From positions 1 through 49,318 of IMG/VR virus record IMGVR_UViG_3300035137_000063: 49,318 bases of DNA; one strand, written 5' to 3'. A program made the translations under genes and the position numbers. Under the pieces are notes generated by a model that ran no database searches, was not told the DNA's origin, and saw only the letters and a program-made list of their open reading frames with translations. Shown piece by piece: positions 11,550 to 20,080 of the stretch (its first letter is position 1; each line of letters opens with the position of its first letter). The stretch is from a virus.

Positions 11550-11936
11550 CAGAAACCAACCGTCTTCCTGTATGGCCGTCCTTTGGGCTCTATCCCATGC
11601 CAAGGATTCATCAACTGCCGCGTTGATGAGATCCGGAACAAGCTCGAGACGAATCCTGTCCAACTGCCTTTGCATCAGGCCGGGCATCTCCATGCAATTG
11701 ACGATCAGCTGGGCTGTGGCATCGGCCCTGTCCTGGGGTAGCCACTTGCCCTCGCCGAGCATTTGCATCGTATCCCGAGCCATGCATTTGGCGTCGACTG
11801 GAGTGCCGTACCAGGCGCCAAGGCCAGACGGCCATTCGGGGAATTGTGGGGCTGTCCAGATATCAGTCTCGACGTGCGGCTCAATCTCTGCCGTCGAGCC
11901 GATCAAACACATCACCGAGATCAGGATGTTCAGCAT
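11463..11936 (-). CDS. Spanin-like protein with a hydrophobic, Cys-containing N-terminus and a C-terminal TM helix (u-spanin-like layout)
   Basis: 157 aa. N-terminus MLNILISVMCLIGS and C-terminus FLSGLALTVVIVVGAIGFAGGLAIGVV. The start lies inside the 3' end of 11881..12156 in another frame. Confidence 0.5.
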   Translation of the reverse strand: MLNILISVMCLIGSTAEIEPHVETDIWTAPQFPEWPSGLGAWYGTPVDAKCMARDTMQMLGEGKWLPQDRADATAQLIVNCMEMPGLMQRQLDRIRLELVPDLINAAVDESLAWDRAQRTAIQEDGWFLSGLALTVVIVVGAIGFAGGLAIGVVAAH

Positions 11937-12156
11937 CGATTCTCTCCTGTGTCTTCATGCGATCCTGGCGCATCTTCAGGCTCGCTAGATTCTGCGCATC
12001 CCTCCGGGCCTTTCGGGCTTTCCTGGAGGCGTCCTCGGCCGCTCTTTTTGCGCTTGTCGCCGACACTGCAGGCCTGCGCCTCAGCCAGAGCACTGTGCCT
12101 GCGGCGCCGAGCAAGAGGCCGAGCAGTCCGCCAATCCATTTGAGCGCCCTGATCAC
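11881..12156 (-). CDS. i-spanin-like protein (N-terminal TM plus charged coiled-coil)
   Basis: GTG 12156 overlaps the upstream stop (GTGA). TM segment WIGGLLGLLLGAAGTVLWL is followed by a K/R/E/D-rich helix. Confidence 0.5.
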   Translation of the reverse strand: MIRALKWIGGLLGLLLGAAGTVLWLRRRPAVSATSAKRAAEDASRKARKARRDAQNLASLKMRQDRMKTQERIDAEHPDLGDVFDRLDGRD

Positions 12157-12386
12157 TGTCCAGCCTTGCGCTGCTCGTGCTTGTCCCAGCCGGCCTTGCC
12201 TAGGCCGAGCCCGAGAATCCACACCACCGGGCCCTGGACGAAGCCGGTGTATTCGACAAAGGTGCACTTGGGCGCGTCGCTAGGCCAGAACAGACACACA
12301 GTGGCCACCAGGAGCACAAGGAGCAGCAGGCCGAGCGTGGTCAGGTAGGTTCGGCTTTTCCAGCCGTCATGCGGCAAAGGTTGCAT
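12153..12386 (-). CDS. Holin-like small membrane protein
   Basis: 77 aa from ATG 12386, with GGAGG upstream inside the amidase 3' end. Contains one strong and one weaker hydrophobic segment and a charged C-terminus. Confidence 0.5.
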   Translation of the reverse strand: MQPLPHDGWKSRTYLTTLGLLLLVLLVATVCLFWPSDAPKCTFVEYTGFVQGPVVWILGLGLGKAGWDKHEQRKAGQ

Positions 12387-12387
12387 G

Positions 12388-12990
12388 TCATGCCTCCTCG
12401 AAGCGGTGCAGGGCCGCGGCAACAGCCCGAACCATCTGCAGCCTTGTTTGGGTGTCTTGCAGGGCTTCGCGATCATTCGGGTTCGTAGCAAAGCCCCATT
12501 CAATCAGTATTGCCGGAATACCCAGGCCGGCATAATGGCGCAAATGGCCATGTGCATCCCGTGTCCAATTGTCGGATTCGGCAATGATCAGATCGTTTCG
12601 GGTGCGCCTCAGATCCTTGGGTAAGTGGTAGAGCAGCACGCGTGCCATGCTCCACAACCGGGCCGAATCGGATCGCATTGTGAAACAGATAGTCCCTTGC
12701 ATATGCAGGCGAGGCTCTCCTCTATGAGGGCCATCTGCCGGCCAGAACGCGCCGTTGACATGGTGCAGCAGCGCTACGTCGGTGCCCCATGTTTGGGCTT
12801 TTTGTGCCCTCTTGCTGTAATAGACATGTTCATCAGAATGCCTGGCGATCTGCTGCTCGGGGAAATCACCGACGAGCTCGTCCGTCAGAAGCTGCGCAAA
12901 CTCGAGGTTCCAGTGCCGTTCCACAAGGCCCTTGTGCTCAAGCCCCTTGTTGCTGCCGCCATGTCCCGGATCATGCCACACCTTGATCAT
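12388..12990 (-). CDS. N-acetylmuramoyl-L-alanine amidase (Amidase_3-type endolysin)
   Basis: 200 aa. Starts MIKVWHDPGHGG..., with ALLHHVNG and IEWGF segments typical of AmiC/CwlV-type amidases. Confidence 0.8.
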   Translation of the reverse strand: MIKVWHDPGHGGSNKGLEHKGLVERHWNLEFAQLLTDELVGDFPEQQIARHSDEHVYYSKRAQKAQTWGTDVALLHHVNGAFWPADGPHRGEPRLHMQGTICFTMRSDSARLWSMARVLLYHLPKDLRRTRNDLIIAESDNWTRDAHGHLRHYAGLGIPAILIEWGFATNPNDREALQDTQTRLQMVRAVAAALHRFEEA

Positions 12991-13022
12991 GGATCGATGC
13001 TATCACAGGACAAGTGTCTGTG

Positions 13023-13277
13023 TCACTCTTTGTTGGATGGTGGATCGTAGTGAGCACCTGTCGCCTCGATCACAGCACGGAGCATGCCTTTGATGTCCTC
13101 CTGGCTATTCTCGATGGCGGTCACCCGCGCATCGAGCTCGTCGATCTCCTTTCGGGCCGACCACGGATCTGCGGCGTTGACCCGATCGCAAAGGGTAAAA
13201 CCGGCGATCGCTCCTCCGAGAAGCGACACACCTATACCTATCGAAGTCACATACCATTTGGTTTTGCGTGTTGTCAT
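13023..13277 (-). CDS. Small membrane protein with N-terminal TM plus coiled-coil (holin or antiholin candidate)
   Basis: 84 aa. TM segment WYVTSIGIGVSLLGGAIAGFTL followed by KEIDELDARVTAIENSQEDIK. Confidence 0.5.
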   Translation of the reverse strand: MTTRKTKWYVTSIGIGVSLLGGAIAGFTLCDRVNAADPWSARKEIDELDARVTAIENSQEDIKGMLRAVIEATGAHYDPPSNKE

Positions 13278-13290
13278 GACTACCCCCGCT

Positions 13291-13635
13291 CTAAGGCGAG
13301 CTCACCTCGAAATCCCCCGGCATCACGAGCGTAACCGTTGCATGAGCCACATCTGACACCCCATCGCCATCGTTATCTACCGCGCACACACTGATGCATG
13401 ATCCCCCTGTAGGGGTAACCATGTGCGCCGCGCATGTCCCTGGTGTTGCTTCGGCCTTCGCATCAATATCGCTACATGCCATGGTGACACTCTTGGCGAA
13501 TATGTCGACAGCAACAGGATTGGTTATTGGGACGCTCTTGAAAACCGTGTACCCCTTCGATGTACTCACGGCTAATGCGTAAACACACGTCCCAAGAATG
13601 GCACCTACAATACATCCACAGACAAACCTCAACAT
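13291..13635 (-). CDS. Exported Cys-rich protein with a DNDGDGVSD calcium-binding-like motif
   Basis: ATG 13635 is preceded by AAAGGAGGGA. The N-terminus MLRFVCGCIVGAILGTCVYALAV is hydrophobic. Confidence 0.55.
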   Translation of the reverse strand: MLRFVCGCIVGAILGTCVYALAVSTSKGYTVFKSVPITNPVAVDIFAKSVTMACSDIDAKAEATPGTCAAHMVTPTGGSCISVCAVDNDGDGVSDVAHATVTLVMPGDFEVSSP

Positions 13636-13649
13636 AGTAATCCCTCCTT

Positions 13650-14801
13650 TTAATCCGTTGGACCTGCAGTCAACGGGGTGCAATACCATGTATCGGTAGC
13701 TTGACAGTAACATAACTCTACTGTTCCGCCACCGGTGTCTATTACCCATTGTCCAAGTGTGCACGTAGCCGATGCGTCCTCTTGTTTGATTTTCAAGAGA
13801 TCTACAGCCCCTGTAGCCCCTAGCGCCTGAAACACATCTGTACCTACTCCAGGAGCACCGTTAACCGACATATTTATATCGCCTGCGTCGGCTGTGCCGG
13901 CACCAGCCACACCTGTCCATGTATTGCAGTCCCCTGTATCGCCATCTGTTGTTGTATCTCCAGTATACCTATTATTATCACCTGAGTCATAATCCCCAAC
14001 ATTTGTCTGCGCGCCGGTTTTTATTTCAAATGAGGCGGTCTGGCTGGTGCCAGATGTGGCTCCAGTTTGAAATATAACAGGGCTGGCCTGGGCAGCGCCA
14101 TTCTCATACGATAGATATCCCGCAGATAGAGAGTAGATTCTTGTCAGTCCCATATAGATGCTATTTGAACCACTAACGTTAATAGTATTATCAAATTTAG
14201 CATTACCATCAACCTCAAATTTGTCACCGGTAAAATGCGAGTCATTTGCACCTAGAGAGTAACCAGATGCTGCGGGTGGCCCAAACGTCATCTTGGCGTC
14301 CGGGTTTGTCACCGACGAAGCACGCATCGCAATCACATTGGCTCCGCCTGACTTGTAGAACTCCATCGGATCGCATGGAGATCCGTCGCAGTCTTTTTGA
14401 GTGAGCCGCAGGCCATCCGGAGATCCGTCTGTATCGTGCTCAATGCAAAAGTCATCATCGTCGCCCAGGCACAACGGGATATCGTCAGGTACTTTGATAC
14501 CCGCGGACGTGATGTCGACTACGTCCGTACCGCCTGCTACGCAGCGCCACGTGTCCGCTGCCGCATGCCAGCAATAGGTGTTTGGATCATCGGCCTTGTT
14601 GCCGTACAGGCGGCGTCCATCCAAGTCGTGCTCACCTATTCCGCCGCCCCCTCCATCAACACCAGGATTGAACCAACCTTCGGCGTGGACTTCGGATGTG
14701 CGGACAAGCAGGCTGAGCAGCACAGCAGCCACCAAGATAGCCACGTGAAAGATGACAAACCAAAGAAAGGACTGCCAGTCGAACCTGTCTGTAGCTGTCA
14801 T
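13650..14801 (-). CDS. N-terminally membrane-anchored or exported beta-rich protein of unknown function
   Basis: 383 aa. TM segment FLWFVIFHVAILVAAVLLSLLV, then D/G-rich segments (HDTDGSPDG, DCDGSPCD) and paired Cys motifs at both ends (YCWHAAADTWRC and CYCQATDTWYC). The central part is visibly less GC-rich. Confidence 0.6.
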   Translation of the reverse strand: MTATDRFDWQSFLWFVIFHVAILVAAVLLSLLVRTSEVHAEGWFNPGVDGGGGGIGEHDLDGRRLYGNKADDPNTYCWHAAADTWRCVAGGTDVVDITSAGIKVPDDIPLCLGDDDDFCIEHDTDGSPDGLRLTQKDCDGSPCDPMEFYKSGGANVIAMRASSVTNPDAKMTFGPPAASGYSLGANDSHFTGDKFEVDGNAKFDNTINVSGSNSIYMGLTRIYSLSAGYLSYENGAAQASPVIFQTGATSGTSQTASFEIKTGAQTNVGDYDSGDNNRYTGDTTTDGDTGDCNTWTGVAGAGTADAGDINMSVNGAPGVGTDVFQALGATGAVDLLKIKQEDASATCTLGQWVIDTGGGTVELCYCQATDTWYCTPLTAGPTD

Positions 14802-15244
14802 GGCTGCCCCCTTGTCCCGGTCGCTGTTGCGGTTCCTGTGCCGTCATCCGGATCATCCCATCTGCACTTGACATAACGCGCATTTGCCCGCAGCTCAAGC
14901 GTGAGTAGCCCGTCGGCGCTGTCTGTGCTGTTCCAACGCCACTCCATCGGCTTGCATTGATAGTAGGATCCGTCCCAATGGCACGCATCGATCCATGTAT
15001 AACCGCTGTCCTCGGATGCCGATGTCCTGCACTTGACAATCACCTGTGTCGTGGTTCCCCATGTGACTGTCGCCCGCAGAGTGAGCTGGGTCATTTGCCC
15101 GTGCGCCGCCATCGGAATGGCCTCGGTTTCCGGCGTGTCGGCAAGCGCGACACCGTTCATGTCGAGGTAGTCAGCCGAAAGCTCCTGCTGGGCAAGGGCC
15201 CGAGCCGGCATCAAAAGACAAAGACCAAGGATCAAAGTTCTCAT
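14798..15244 (-). CDS. Secreted protein with a classical Sec signal peptide
   Basis: 148 aa. Signal MRTLILGLCLLMPARALA-QQ, with four Cys in the mature part. Confidence 0.6.
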   Translation of the reverse strand: MRTLILGLCLLMPARALAQQELSADYLDMNGVALADTPETEAIPMAAHGQMTQLTLRATVTWGTTTQVIVKCRTSASEDSGYTWIDACHWDGSYYQCKPMEWRWNSTDSADGLLTLELRANARYVKCRWDDPDDGTGTATATGTRGQP

Positions 15245-15253
15245 GCTGTGCTC

Positions 15254-16318
15254 CTACTCAGGTACGTGCAGTGATCTATGTACGTCTTCGCTTGTTCCCG
15301 ATATAATCACGGATCCCCCGGCATATGTTACGTCATATTGCGATCTCGCAAGGCCCGGCTGAGCGTCATGCCACACATCGCCATCATAGCTGTACACTAT
15401 GGCATTTGATCCTACAGCTACAAAGATTTTTAGTTCAGGAATCCACCGGACACGCCTGAGCTGTCCTGTAATGGTGGCAGGTATTGATGACGCAGCACTC
15501 CAGGATATACCGTCTGTCGATTTGATGATTGTCCCGTTGTCCCCCACGGCAACAACCGTTGCACCATCCCAAGCTACCCCACTTAGATCCTCGGCCGTAC
15601 CGGACGTGCGCGACGTCCATGTTCCGGTAGGATCACTAGCTGTGTAGATCGTGCCCCCTTCGCCTGTGACCACCCAAAGAGAGAGCTCCGTGCAATGGAC
15701 CACCGCAAGAAGCAGCTCGTCACTGACGCTCAATTCCTCGGTCCATGTAATGCCATCCGATGACACTATGATTTCCGACAGGATGCCTGCCGTCACGCCC
15801 CCCACAGCCACAAAGGATCCTGCACCGTAGGCCACATCCGCGAGCGCATATGTACCGACAGGCGTGGTTCGCGTAGTCCATGCAGATCCGTCTGGCGATG
15901 TCTCTATTCCCTCATTGTCGTGACACAGCACAAAAAGAGACTCGGCAAACACACACCCCCTGTAATCATCAGATCCTTTATCGGCATTTGTCCACGTCAA
16001 AGCATGATCTGTGCTATAAAATATGGTCCCGTTGGCTCCAGCTGCAACCAAGGTACCTGATCCATCATATGCGATACAGAAAAAAGAGTCTCCTCCCGCC
16101 CCGGCAGATATGTCGACCTGATCCCGCAGCAAGAGGGCTACAACCATAGCATCCAGATATTGAAGATATTCGTAGACTGTGTTGTGCAACCAGTTCATCT
16201 TGCGCGCAGGCGGTATATAGCCGGCCTGCCAGCCGGTGTTTTTCTCTCCGCTCGTCGGTTCCAGTGTACGTCCCGCATCGGTGGCCCATCGGGGGAGATC
16301 TGTCGGTTTTGTTGCCAT
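15254..16318 (-). CDS. Tail fibre / receptor-binding protein with a BNR (Asp-box)-type beta-propeller
   Basis: The N-terminus LPRWATD...GEKNTGWQAGYIPPARKMNWLHN is the conserved fibre-attachment pattern. It is followed by repeats STDHALTW, SPDGSAWT, SSDGITWT, STDGISWS and SYDGDVWH. Confidence 0.7.
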   Translation of the reverse strand: MATKPTDLPRWATDAGRTLEPTSGEKNTGWQAGYIPPARKMNWLHNTVYEYLQYLDAMVVALLLRDQVDISAGAGGDSFFCIAYDGSGTLVAAGANGTIFYSTDHALTWTNADKGSDDYRGCVFAESLFVLCHDNEGIETSPDGSAWTTRTTPVGTYALADVAYGAGSFVAVGGVTAGILSEIIVSSDGITWTEELSVSDELLLAVVHCTELSLWVVTGEGGTIYTASDPTGTWTSRTSGTAEDLSGVAWDGATVVAVGDNGTIIKSTDGISWSAASSIPATITGQLRRVRWIPELKIFVAVGSNAIVYSYDGDVWHDAQPGLARSQYDVTYAGGSVIISGTSEDVHRSLHVPE

Positions 16319-16321
16319 CTG

Positions 16322-17860
16322 TCATGCCTCCTTTACGGCCGCCCATGCGCCACCAATGGATCGTTGTATACCTGCAACCGCAAACAATGCATAGTTGGCT
16401 GGGTTTGTTTGTTCGGTCCATGTAATACCGTCCGGACTGGTTAAGATTATCGCGTCGCCCCCTGCTGCATCACCGACAGCCACCAGCTCAGCCTCGCCAC
16501 GTGTTGCCACGGCCCGGAGAACTCCCCCGCCTACGCCCGACGATCGGCGCGTCCATGTAATACCGTCCGGGCTGGTCACGATGTAGCAACCTCCTCCGTC
16601 ATAGTCACCCACCGCCACGAACAAACCCAGACCCTCGCACCAGCACACGCCATACAGATCCAGGTTTGCAGGATTGGCGCGTTCTGTCCAGTTGATGCCA
16701 TTCGGGCTTGTAACTATGTAGCCATCTACCCCGTCGCTATACCCTACAGCCACAGCCAATCCCAGAGTTTCGCTCCAGCATATCCCACGCATGACACCAT
16801 CGCCAGGTCTTGCACGCGTTGTCCATGCTACTCCGTCGGGACTACTGCTCAAGTAATCAGTCCCTACGACAGTATCTCCGCCGATCAAGAATAGACCCAG
16901 GGAGGGGCACCAGCACACGCAATACAAGTTGATATCCCCTGGTATCGTGCGTGTAATCCAGGACTCACCCCCATCATCGGAAGTCAAAACCAGGGATTGC
17001 GATCCGGCATCATCGCCTGCGGCTACCCAAAGATCCAATTCGGGGCTATAGCATACGGCGTTGAGATCCACGACGCTATCTGGAAGATCGATCTCGGCCC
17101 ATGTCTCACCATCATCCGTCGATCGGATCGCATACGGATCGGATCCGTCGTCATTACCTACAGCGATAACTGTACCGTTTCCGTCCGATGCCATGCCGTT
17201 GAGATCTTCATCCTCTGGGTTAGTACGTTGCGTCCATGCAGTCTGATCGCCATCGGATGTGGTGATATAGGTCTCTGTGCCGGCATCATCCCCTATCGCT
17301 ATCCATCGATAGCCCCCGAAGCCCGCCGATTCGTCTACTTCTTCTGTGTCTCCAGACGCAAACCGGAAAGTATCCACACCATCGGCGAGCGTGTACTCCA
17401 GATGCAGAGGCACAGCAGAGGGACGTGCCCGTGCCAGCTCAGACACAATGGCATCCGGATCCTCGGACAATGTATCGGCAATGCGCATCACGATACCGGT
17501 AGGGTACTCCTCAATAGACAGGCTGTTGCCCTCCACCATCAGGCGCAGCACCTCGAGTAGATCATCAGGCGTACCTTCGGATCGGTTAGCGCGTATGTGC
17601 GCACGCAACCTTGTCCTGTAATCGTTGTCGGACAGGCTACCTCTCTGCAGGTTGACGATGCGGCCGATCATGTCAAGCTGCGCACCTACGGCATTGTCCA
17701 GGCGCATCTCCGTGTCCAAATCGTGGGCTACCTCCTCCAGTTCCTGCGCAGGGCCGACAAGCGCGCGCAGGAAAGCCTCCAGCTTCTCCTTATCCTTGAG
17801 TTGTTCCAGCAACAGACCGACGGCCAGATCTCCGTGGTTGTTGATTTCCTCGAGTGCCAT
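16322..17860 (-). CDS. Baseplate-distal / fibre protein: gpI/DUF2612-like N-terminal domain plus ~7-bladed BNR-type propeller
   Basis: 512 aa, immediately downstream of the gpJ-like gene. Repeats about 45 aa apart: TSDGDQTW, STDDGETW, TSDDGGESW, SSPDGVAWT, TSPNGINWT, and TSPDGITWT twice. Confidence 0.65.
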   Translation of the reverse strand: MALEEINNHGDLAVGLLLEQLKDKEKLEAFLRALVGPAQELEEVAHDLDTEMRLDNAVGAQLDMIGRIVNLQRGSLSDNDYRTRLRAHIRANRSEGTPDDLLEVLRLMVEGNSLSIEEYPTGIVMRIADTLSEDPDAIVSELARARPSAVPLHLEYTLADGVDTFRFASGDTEEVDESAGFGGYRWIAIGDDAGTETYITTSDGDQTAWTQRTNPEDEDLNGMASDGNGTVIAVGNDDGSDPYAIRSTDDGETWAEIDLPDSVVDLNAVCYSPELDLWVAAGDDAGSQSLVLTSDDGGESWITRTIPGDINLYCVCWCPSLGLFLIGGDTVVGTDYLSSSPDGVAWTTRARPGDGVMRGICWSETLGLAVAVGYSDGVDGYIVTSPNGINWTERANPANLDLYGVCWCEGLGLFVAVGDYDGGGCYIVTSPDGITWTRRSSGVGGGVLRAVATRGEAELVAVGDAAGGDAIILTSPDGITWTEQTNPANYALFAVAGIQRSIGGAWAAVKEA

Positions 17861-17862
17861 GC

Positions 17863-19053
17863 TCAGCTCGTTACGTCGATATTCGCCGTGTCGAAGTATG
17901 CAAACTCATCCACTCCGATGGATATGTTGGAGGAGGCCACAGGCGGATCAACCGTGTCTATCGTCCAGGCAGTGATGTCTATGACACCGGCTACCTCGAA
18001 TGCCGCGGCCTTGAGCGGTTCAGAATATACATCGAGTCCTATGCCCTGTCCGTTCTGCGCCGCAATGAAGGCTTCCCTTGCAGCGATGATTGCCGCCTTG
18101 ATCTGATCATCCCCGTCCGCCGGATACAGATCGGCATCCGTGTCTACCGTGATTGCCGCATGGATTGTGATCACTGTGGCCTCATCATAGTTCACGGTTT
18201 GAGAGTTGCCTTCAGCATCCGTCGCGGTCCCGCTGGAAGATCCGTGCATGCCCACGCCTGCAGGCTTCGCACCCCACAGCGTCTGGGCCACATCGTCCCC
18301 ATCAGGCATGGGCGATCCATAGACTATTGGCCACATGTGGTGGCCAGGGATGCCATTGCCATCCGTATTGCCTGACGTGTTCTCGTACAAGGTGCTGTAC
18401 TCCACTCCCTCGGCCTGAGCCAGCCGGGCCTTTACCGTGTCGAAAGTACCGGCCCCCACGGCCTCGAGTTCCACCAAGCGCTTAGTACGCAAGGCCGTGT
18501 CACCCTCCGTCTCGCTGCCGGTATCCGCATCCAACGCATTGGTCACGGCGGAGATATTGGCCACAGGTGTTTCTATAACGGTCAATGTGCCCGCGTTCGC
18601 TACAACTGCGCCGGCCTCCTCCGCCTCAAACAGCACGTCGACATCGCCCGCGCCGCCGGCGACAATGGCCTCGGCGTTGGAAAAACGCGCATTCGGGTTG
18701 CCATCCACGCTGACAATGAAATTACCTACCGACACATTGACCACACCCGTGCATGTCACGGTAACGGTCACTTCACTCTGGGTGGCGTCATCCCTCCGCG
18801 TGCCTGTCAGAGCGCACACGGCGTCCAGCGCAGCTGCCGCAGCTGCATCCGGATCCCTGGCGGCATATATGGCCTGCATGACCTCCCAGTGCTCACCGTA
18901 TTTATCAGCCAATATACCCAAGATAACACCTGTGACCGAATCGGCCTCGGTGTTCATCTCGGCGCCCAGTGCGTCCTTGATTGCCGTTTGCAACTCGGCC
19001 AAGATCTCGGCCGTCGTCTTGGTAACAAACCCTGTGGACTCGACGCCGCTCAT
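17863..19053 (-). CDS. Baseplate J-like wedge protein
   Basis: 396 aa. The N-terminus GFVTKTTAEILAELQTAIKDALG... and the position between the gpW-like and fibre genes fit a gpJ-like protein. Confidence 0.75.
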   Translation of the reverse strand: MSGVESTGFVTKTTAEILAELQTAIKDALGAEMNTEADSVTGVILGILADKYGEHWEVMQAIYAARDPDAAAAAALDAVCALTGTRRDDATQSEVTVTVTCTGVVNVSVGNFIVSVDGNPNARFSNAEAIVAGGAGDVDVLFEAEEAGAVVANAGTLTVIETPVANISAVTNALDADTGSETEGDTALRTKRLVELEAVGAGTFDTVKARLAQAEGVEYSTLYENTSGNTDGNGIPGHHMWPIVYGSPMPDGDDVAQTLWGAKPAGVGMHGSSSGTATDAEGNSQTVNYDEATVITIHAAITVDTDADLYPADGDDQIKAAIIAAREAFIAAQNGQGIGLDVYSEPLKAAAFEVAGVIDITAWTIDTVDPPVASSNISIGVDEFAYFDTANIDVTS

Positions 19054-19412
19054 GGTAAAACAAACTCCTCAAAGACCACGGGCAAACCCTCGTCGCCTAC
19101 AGCCTCAAACGACACAGATGCCTGGCGCGTCGATACCTCGGGTATTACAGAAAGGTTGCGCACCCCTATTATCCCAGGGACCCCGAGCAAGGCCTGCCGG
19201 ATCTTCGATACTGCATACTCCGCGGGAAAAGGTTTAACCGCGAGAATAATCTGCAGCCAAGGCATGCCCTGGCGCTGATCCAGGTGCCATTCGCCAAGCA
19301 GCATACGCAGGCGCATTTTGCCCTGCTGCGCCATCGCCTCGGCCCCTGTGACAAGCGACAGCTCGCCACCGGTGGTGTCAAGATCGCCTGTGCTGTCCAG
19401 CTTGAGATCCAT
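19050..19412 (-). CDS. Small baseplate wedge protein (gpW/gp25 position)
   Basis: 120 aa. Pattern GAEAMAQQGKMRLRMLLGEWHLDQRQGMPW. Called from synteny. Confidence 0.5.
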   Translation of the reverse strand: MDLKLDSTGDLDTTGGELSLVTGAEAMAQQGKMRLRMLLGEWHLDQRQGMPWLQIILAVKPFPAEYAVSKIRQALLGVPGIIGVRNLSVIPEVSTRQASVSFEAVGDEGLPVVFEEFVLP

Positions 19413-20080
19413 CAGTCGTCCACCTTGACCGTCGACGATCCACTTGTGATGCTGCCGTCTACCACTACAGGACTAGAATTGAGCACCCCACCGCTTGCCG
19501 ACACCAGAAAAGTGCCCGCAGGAATAGTCACCTGCACATCATCGCCTTCGCGGGCTGCCCATGCGTCGGCATTTCCACTACCTATGTGCACCTGTCCGTT
19601 GGTTTTGATGTGCACCTGCGCGCCGCCGTCCTTGCCCAACACCATGTTGGACGCATGCGCATCGGCAAGAACATCAGTGAAGGGATAACATCCGGGAATA
19701 GCCACGGCATCTGCAAGATGATGCGTGCGTGGATCCTGTGGAGACACGTCACCACCCTTGCTTTTCCACACGTTGATCTCGCGATCGCAGATCACGAGCA
19801 GGACTTGATCCCCAGGCTGCAGAGGGAACGACACGAAAAAACCACCACCGCGCGGAAACACCACCGGAACCGACGGCAGCTCAGGTAACGACAGCAGCTC
19901 CTCGTTGCCGTCCTGATCGATGATCAGACTCTTGATCTGTGGCTGCACGTTGGCCTTCTGCGAGGCTTCGTCATACGAGACCACAGTCCCGGGCATGGCT
20001 ACGTGCAGCTGTGCTTTGATATTGTCCAAGGCCGCTTGCAGCACCTCGGCAAGGCTGGGTGTGGATCCTCTGTCTGTCAC
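19412..20080 (-). CDS. Central spike / baseplate protein (gpV / Gp138-N-like)
   Basis: 222 aa. Segments MPGTVVSYDEASQKANVQPQIK and GDQVLLVICDREI, with a beta-rich C-terminus. Confidence 0.6.
   Translation of the reverse strand: MTDRGSTPSLAEVLQAALDNIKAQLHVAMPGTVVSYDEASQKANVQPQIKSLIIDQDGNEELLSLPELPSVPVVFPRGGGFFVSFPLQPGDQVLLVICDREINVWKSKGGDVSPQDPRTHHLADAVAIPGCYPFTDVLADAHASNMVLGKDGGAQVHIKTNGQVHIGSGNADAWAAREGDDVQVTIPAGTFLVSASGGVLNSSPVVVDGSITSGSSTVKVDD

Noticed and set aside
11203-11988. 261-aa + strand ORF running across the convergent junction
   Set aside because: It overlaps three better-supported genes on both strands, and its translation is S/A/C-rich and featureless.
15254-17860. Diversity-generating retroelement targeting the fibre proteins, or the triplicated decoration domain
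   Set aside because: No reverse transcriptase gene exists, and I found no template/variable repeat pair with adenine-specific differences anywhere in the window.
18437-19237. 266-aa + strand ORF opposite the baseplate J gene. The same reasoning applies to 24969-25970, 28163-29035, 29804-30823, 30906-31805 and 37430-38221.
   Set aside because: All are antisense to structural or enzyme genes with recognisable motifs and synteny. They are S/A/R/P-rich shadow ORFs.
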